The translations under genes and the position numbers were made by a program. The notes under the pieces are model-generated. The model saw only the letters and a list, made by a program, of their open reading frames with translations. It was not told where the DNA came from and did not search any database. From Candidatus Altiarchaeota archaeon (GTDB taxonomy: Archaea; Altiarchaeota; Altiarchaeia; IMC4; SCGC-AAA252-I15), in assembly GCA_043800705.1 (NCBI GenBank), contig JAZDMS010000015.1:1-35884 (forward strand): a stretch of DNA of 35,884 nucleotides. The letters run 5' to 3'. Positions 31,801-35,884 of this stretch are shown piece by piece (the stretch's first letter is position 1; each line of letters begins with the position of its first letter).

Positions 31801-32562
31801 ATGAAAAAAAATTCCACTAATTATTTCTGGTCTGACAATGAGTATATTCTTCATTGGTATTGGACTTTTTTTATTCCCCCCCTTTTTTGCACCCTTTTTT
31901 TCCTTCTTTTACATTTATTTAATCTAGAAATTTCAGGCGAGTTTTTTATCCTATTATGTTCGATTATCCTCATTCTGATTGCAACACTATTTTCTATTTC
32001 AATTATTACCTTTACCCGAGAGAAAAGTCAAACATCTAAATTTAATTTTCTTTTACATCCAATTCCCTGGGTAATATCCCTTATATCTTTTACAACGTTT
32101 TTTTATTTTAGTGTTAACCAAACAGATTCTTGGTATCGATTTGGACATGGCTTTAATTGGTTGCCTGTATTTAGAGACTCTTGTCTCATGTGGTTCTTCC
32201 TATCATATTCTTTTTTTATTTCACCTTTTTTTAAAGAATATGACTTGTCATTAAAAAAATTACTAAAAAAACAATATTTTAAATGGGACGGTCAACGCTA
32301 CTCATTTATTAACTTTTGTTATAGACACGGAATTGAATTATTTTTCCTTTCATTAATTTTTTATTTAATTGGATTATTATTTTTAAAAAATTCAAATCTC
32401 AGATATTTTTTAATTATTGACGCATTACCTTTTTTATTATTGGCTCTAGTTATACGGTTTGGTTTAATGGAAATTTCCCTATTTCTGAAATACCTTCCAA
32501 ACGGCAAATTTACCCTTTTTTCTAATAACTTAAAAATAGACGTAGTTGATGAAAAGAGTTAA
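31801..32562 (+). CDS. Polytopic membrane protein, putative immunity protein 1
   Basis: Very AT-rich, Phe/Leu/Ile-rich ORF with several TM segments, directly downstream of the RHS C-terminal domain. The immunity role is inferred from position only. Confidence 0.65.
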   Translation: MKKNSTNYFWSDNEYILHWYWTFFIPPLFCTLFFLLLHLFNLEISGEFFILLCSIILILIATLFSISIITFTREKSQTSKFNFLLHPIPWVISLISFTTFFYFSVNQTDSWYRFGHGFNWLPVFRDSCLMWFFLSYSFFISPFFKEYDLSLKKLLKKQYFKWDGQRYSFINFCYRHGIELFFLSLIFYLIGLLFLKNSNLRYFLIIDALPFLLLALVIRFGLMEISLFLKYLPNGKFTLFSNNLKIDVVDEKS

Positions 32563-32656
32563 TAAATAAAAAGTAACTCATCTGCCAATCATCTCTGATT
32601 AGTGAAGGTAATCGAACGACCCTGGTTCGGGTTATCATGACCAGTACGGGTACCTT

Positions 32657-34393
32657 ATGGGCTATTATTACGAAGTAGAAGCTAATGTTTCCGCTTACAG
32701 TCCGGACATCTCCTCATTCAACGTCAATCAATCCACGATCCCTATGGGCCAGGCGGCTGTCGTGAACGTCTCAGTGGCCAGCAGTTTACATACCTTCCCG
32801 ATTAGTAAGGCTTGGTTCACAGTCGACGGCAACGTCTCGAATGTGACCGGTGCAGCGGAAGGTCTCAACAGCATGTTATGGACGAATACTATGCTACCTC
32901 GCAGCCAGTATACGGTCGTCGGCTACGTCAACGACACCAAGAACCATATAACTGCGTCTACGCCGGTTACGGTCTTTATCGAGACTACTACGACGACGGT
33001 GACGACATCTACTACTACAACCTTGGCTTTGGGTCCTCAGAATTACGTCAACAACTACACCTACGACTCCAACGGCAACATGCTACAAGATGAACGGTTC
33101 AAGTATGAGTATAACGGCATGAACATGCTCAAAATCGTAAAAAACGCCTCTACAGACGCAGTTGTAGAACAGTACTGGTACGGACCGGACGGACAGCGTA
33201 TCAAGAAGGTCAGCTTCTTGGAAGATGGCAAGAATAGGACGACTCTCTACGTAAACCCCTCCTACGAGATCAACATCAACGAAACTGGAACTCGACAGGA
33301 CACCCGTTACGTCTTTGCAAATGGGGAACGTATGGCGGAACTGCACCAGAACGGCAGCAAAACATACTATCTCAACGACCACCTAGGTAGCTCATCAGTC
33401 CTCGTGAACGAACAAGGGCAGCAGATAGATAGGCTAACATACTATCCGTATGGAGAAGTCAAAGATGGAGGCTCTGGTTCGAAATACGGGTACAATAACA
33501 AAGAACTCGACAGCACAGGACTAAACTACTACGGAGCAAGATACTACAACAGCAAACTAAAAAGATGGACGCAACCGGACAATATTATTCAAAACGTATA
33601 TGATCCGCAAACACTTAATAGATATAGTTATGTAAGAAATAATCCTATAATATATTCAGACCCTACTGGACACTTTTTACAAGCTCTAGCAGTCGTAGCC
33701 TTAGTAGTTGTAGTTTCTGTAGCTGTTTATCATTTCACTCATGAAGAAAAGACTCCGGAAGGATATTATGCAGCTTATCAAATTGGAGCAGTAAGTGCAG
33801 GTGTAGGTGCAATTTCTGCAGCAGGTGCTTTAGCAATTGGGGAAACTCTTACTGTTGCAGAAAGTGTCGGAGGATTTATGGGTCTTGTAACAGGTAACAT
33901 TCTAAAAAAGTCATATGAGGGCGAAGCATATGATGAAAGTGATGCATTTTGGGATGTAACTACCGCAGGGGTGAGTACATATGGTGGGGGTATAATTAAG
34001 GCAAATTTTGCGATCACTGGTAAAAATATATATCAGCAGTTAGGACCAGTCAAGGATACCATGTTTAAAATGATTTCCCGTGGAAAGACCCTAACCCTTC
34101 GCATTACAACTAATTCTGGTACAAGATATGTACGAGTAGATTCAAAAAATGTGGACAGTGTAATATTAAAATTATATGAACTAGGAACAGAAGCATGTAT
34201 AACTATTGTTTCAGAAGATTCTGATGACTCTGAATTACCCACCCCCAATAATATAAACTCTTCTCCATCATCATCGACCTCAGGCAGTCCATCTACTTCA
34301 TCCCCTTCTACTGCGGACAATGACGGGTCCAATGATGATATCTATCACCCATGGTATCTTGGAGGCTGTAAAGGCAAGGGATGTACTAATTAA
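32657..34393 (+). CDS. Orphan (5'-truncated) RHS-core cassette with an alternative C-terminal domain
   Basis: Collinear with 30030 onward at offset 2627. It has no signal peptide, and homology continues upstream of the ATG to an in-frame stop at 32609. It contains NNPIIYSDPTG followed by a diverged tip. Confidence 0.85.
   Translation: MGYYYEVEANVSAYSPDISSFNVNQSTIPMGQAAVVNVSVASSLHTFPISKAWFTVDGNVSNVTGAAEGLNSMLWTNTMLPRSQYTVVGYVNDTKNHITASTPVTVFIETTTTTVTTSTTTTLALGPQNYVNNYTYDSNGNMLQDERFKYEYNGMNMLKIVKNASTDAVVEQYWYGPDGQRIKKVSFLEDGKNRTTLYVNPSYEININETGTRQDTRYVFANGERMAELHQNGSKTYYLNDHLGSSSVLVNEQGQQIDRLTYYPYGEVKDGGSGSKYGYNNKELDSTGLNYYGARYYNSKLKRWTQPDNIIQNVYDPQTLNRYSYVRNNPIIYSDPTGHFLQALAVVALVVVVSVAVYHFTHEEKTPEGYYAAYQIGAVSAGVGAISAAGALAIGETLTVAESVGGFMGLVTGNILKKSYEGEAYDESDAFWDVTTAGVSTYGGGIIKANFAITGKNIYQQLGPVKDTMFKMISRGKTLTLRITTNSGTRYVRVDSKNVDSVILKLYELGTEACITIVSEDSDDSELPTPNNINSSPSSSTSGSPSTSSPSTADNDGSNDDIYHPWYLGGCKGKGCTN
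32795..33048 (+). repeat. Near-identical copy of 30168-30421
   Basis: 254-bp block with 4 mismatches by manual comparison, covering the Ig-like domain end and Thr linker. Confidence 0.85.
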
Positions 34394-34427
34394 TAACTTT
34401 TATTCATATACCTTTGAAAAAAGAAAA

Positions 34428-35144
34428 ATGAAAGTTAAAAAAATGGAAAATAATAATAAAACCACAACACTGCTTTTACCATATATTTTAATAGGAGGCA
34501 TACTTTTTTCAGATAGTATTTTAAGTGTGATGATCTGGTCAATTCTAGCTATCCTAAGTTATTTTTTGATTATTAATAGTATTATCAAACAAAAGAGGGG
34601 AATATCTCGTTATCTATTAACTTTGATAATAATTTTACTAGTCATATTTTTCCACTTATCAATCTTACAGCTATTAAATATTACTCCAAAGATTTTCCAA
34701 CAATCCCAAAAAATCCCTCAAGAAGATGTAATATCAATGATAGATTTTAACAACAAACTGAATGATATTACTTCAAGAATGATTGTATCAGCAGAAAAAC
34801 AGAATTATACTTTATCAAAAAATTTGAAAAATGATTATGATCAATTAAGATTTCAAATTTATAATTTGACTAAATTCAATTGTCTAAAGACTAAACAAAA
34901 AACTGTAAAAGCACTCTATGTTTGTCAAAATCTAGAATATAGCTGGAAATGCCAACAAACAGAATCAAAATTAATTGGTCTTTCAACAGAACTTAATAGA
35001 CCAGATCTATCAAAAAATGAATGTATTAGTTTAACAAAACAGATTTTTTCCTATACTGAAGAAATAAAAGCTTGTAATACAGTCATAAACTCTTCTTTAT
35101 ATCTAACAGAAATGGAAAATATTGATAAAAAATGTGATATTTGA
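34428..35144 (+). CDS. Membrane-anchored protein, putative immunity protein 2
   Basis: AT-rich ORF just after the orphan cassette, with ~3 N-terminal TM helices and then a helical domain carrying several Cys. The start is at 34428 or 34443. Confidence 0.62.
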   Translation: MKVKKMENNNKTTTLLLPYILIGGILFSDSILSVMIWSILAILSYFLIINSIIKQKRGISRYLLTLIIILLVIFFHLSILQLLNITPKIFQQSQKIPQEDVISMIDFNNKLNDITSRMIVSAEKQNYTLSKNLKNDYDQLRFQIYNLTKFNCLKTKQKTVKALYVCQNLEYSWKCQQTESKLIGLSTELNRPDLSKNECISLTKQIFSYTEEIKACNTVINSSLYLTEMENIDKKCDI

Positions 35145-35884
35145 TATGACTTCTAATTTGAGGATTGGAGTGCACCCCTTGGACTGTACAGGTAGTTAAG
35201 CTTCTGCAAAAATACTAGTTGACGATAATCTTATCTATATACTTTACAGGATACTTTCTTTTTCTTGGTCTATATTAGTCGGTCGACGACGTTGTCTGTG
35301 AATCCTCAGTCGACTTACTTACGTTCGGGAGGTTCACATTTCGGTAGACTCAGGAGTACAGGTCAATGATGAAATGCGTCGTTTTGATGCTCTCAAAGAG
35401 TATCCACTCGGATGATTTTTGGGGGTATATTCTTCTGGTAAATCTTATCTGAAGGATATACTCTAGCTAATAGTTTCAGTGTCTTCTCATGAGATAATTT
35501 TCGTCTGTTTTTTCACGTCTATCTCTCACATATATTATGCCCTTTTTTCAATTCGTCTATTTCCAACGTATACGACCTCTAAAGGCCGAAAATATTGGAA
35601 TCATTCCTCATGGAACAGCTCAGAAATTTGGTGGATGTGTTGTTTGCCCTAGCCCACACCCTCACACAAAGTCGCCCCACATCACTACGATATATGGATG
35701 GGTGAAATCACCTTCACATACACCCCCTGAAAAGTAAACAATAAAGTGTCTGTTTAGTTCCTTGTAGTGGGAACTGTTGAGTTCTTAGGGTTTGTCGTCT
35801 AATATGTTTTGTGGCTCCCTCTGTTGGGGGTGGTGGCTGCAAGGAATGTGAAAGATTGCGTTCGAGGTTGCAGGTTCTTGAAGA

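Noticed and set aside
30030-33670. RHS duplication as a diversity-generating retroelement template/variable repeat
   Set aside because: There is no reverse transcriptase in the window, and mismatches are mostly synonymous rather than adenine-specific.
35145-35884. Possible decayed transposase on the minus strand and a 66-aa ORF at 35537-35737
   Set aside because: Only short stop-interrupted frames are present. I could not establish terminal inverted repeats or catalytic motifs; a translated search would be needed.

Overview
Archaeal chromosomal window. The origin is inferred from Dph5, phosphopantothenate synthetase, Elp3, aMBF1, an S-layer C-terminal domain and TATA-type promoters; a DPANN/Altiarchaeota-like lineage is only a guess. 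It has four blocks. (1) 1-9210, housekeeping: 5'-truncated S-layer gene, dph5 carrying an in-frame heptamer-repeat palindrome, a GNAT, pps, a stand-alone 5S rRNA whose 3' end is duplicated 189 bp downstream, an orphan ORF, elp3, an M50 protease and aMBF1. (2) 9319-18596, five secreted Cys/Thr-rich genes forming three parallel 'enzyme + anchor' units. The enzymes are a papain-like protease, a metzincin and a transglutaminase-like protein. They share an N-terminal scaffold, and each unit ends in a GCxP-x-x-LAP-x-AL hydrophobic tail. (3) 18593-21305, a pabB-pabC fusion and a stand-alone PriL-CTD/PriX-like ORF. (4) 21535-35144, a compositionally mosaic polymorphic-toxin-like locus: a LamG protein, an RHS cage apparently split into two separately signal-peptided chains, a putative membrane immunity gene, a 5'-truncated orphan RHS cassette and a second putative immunity gene. 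No CRISPR array, tRNA or intact transposase/integrase was recognised. All family calls come from motif recognition by eye; no searches were run.
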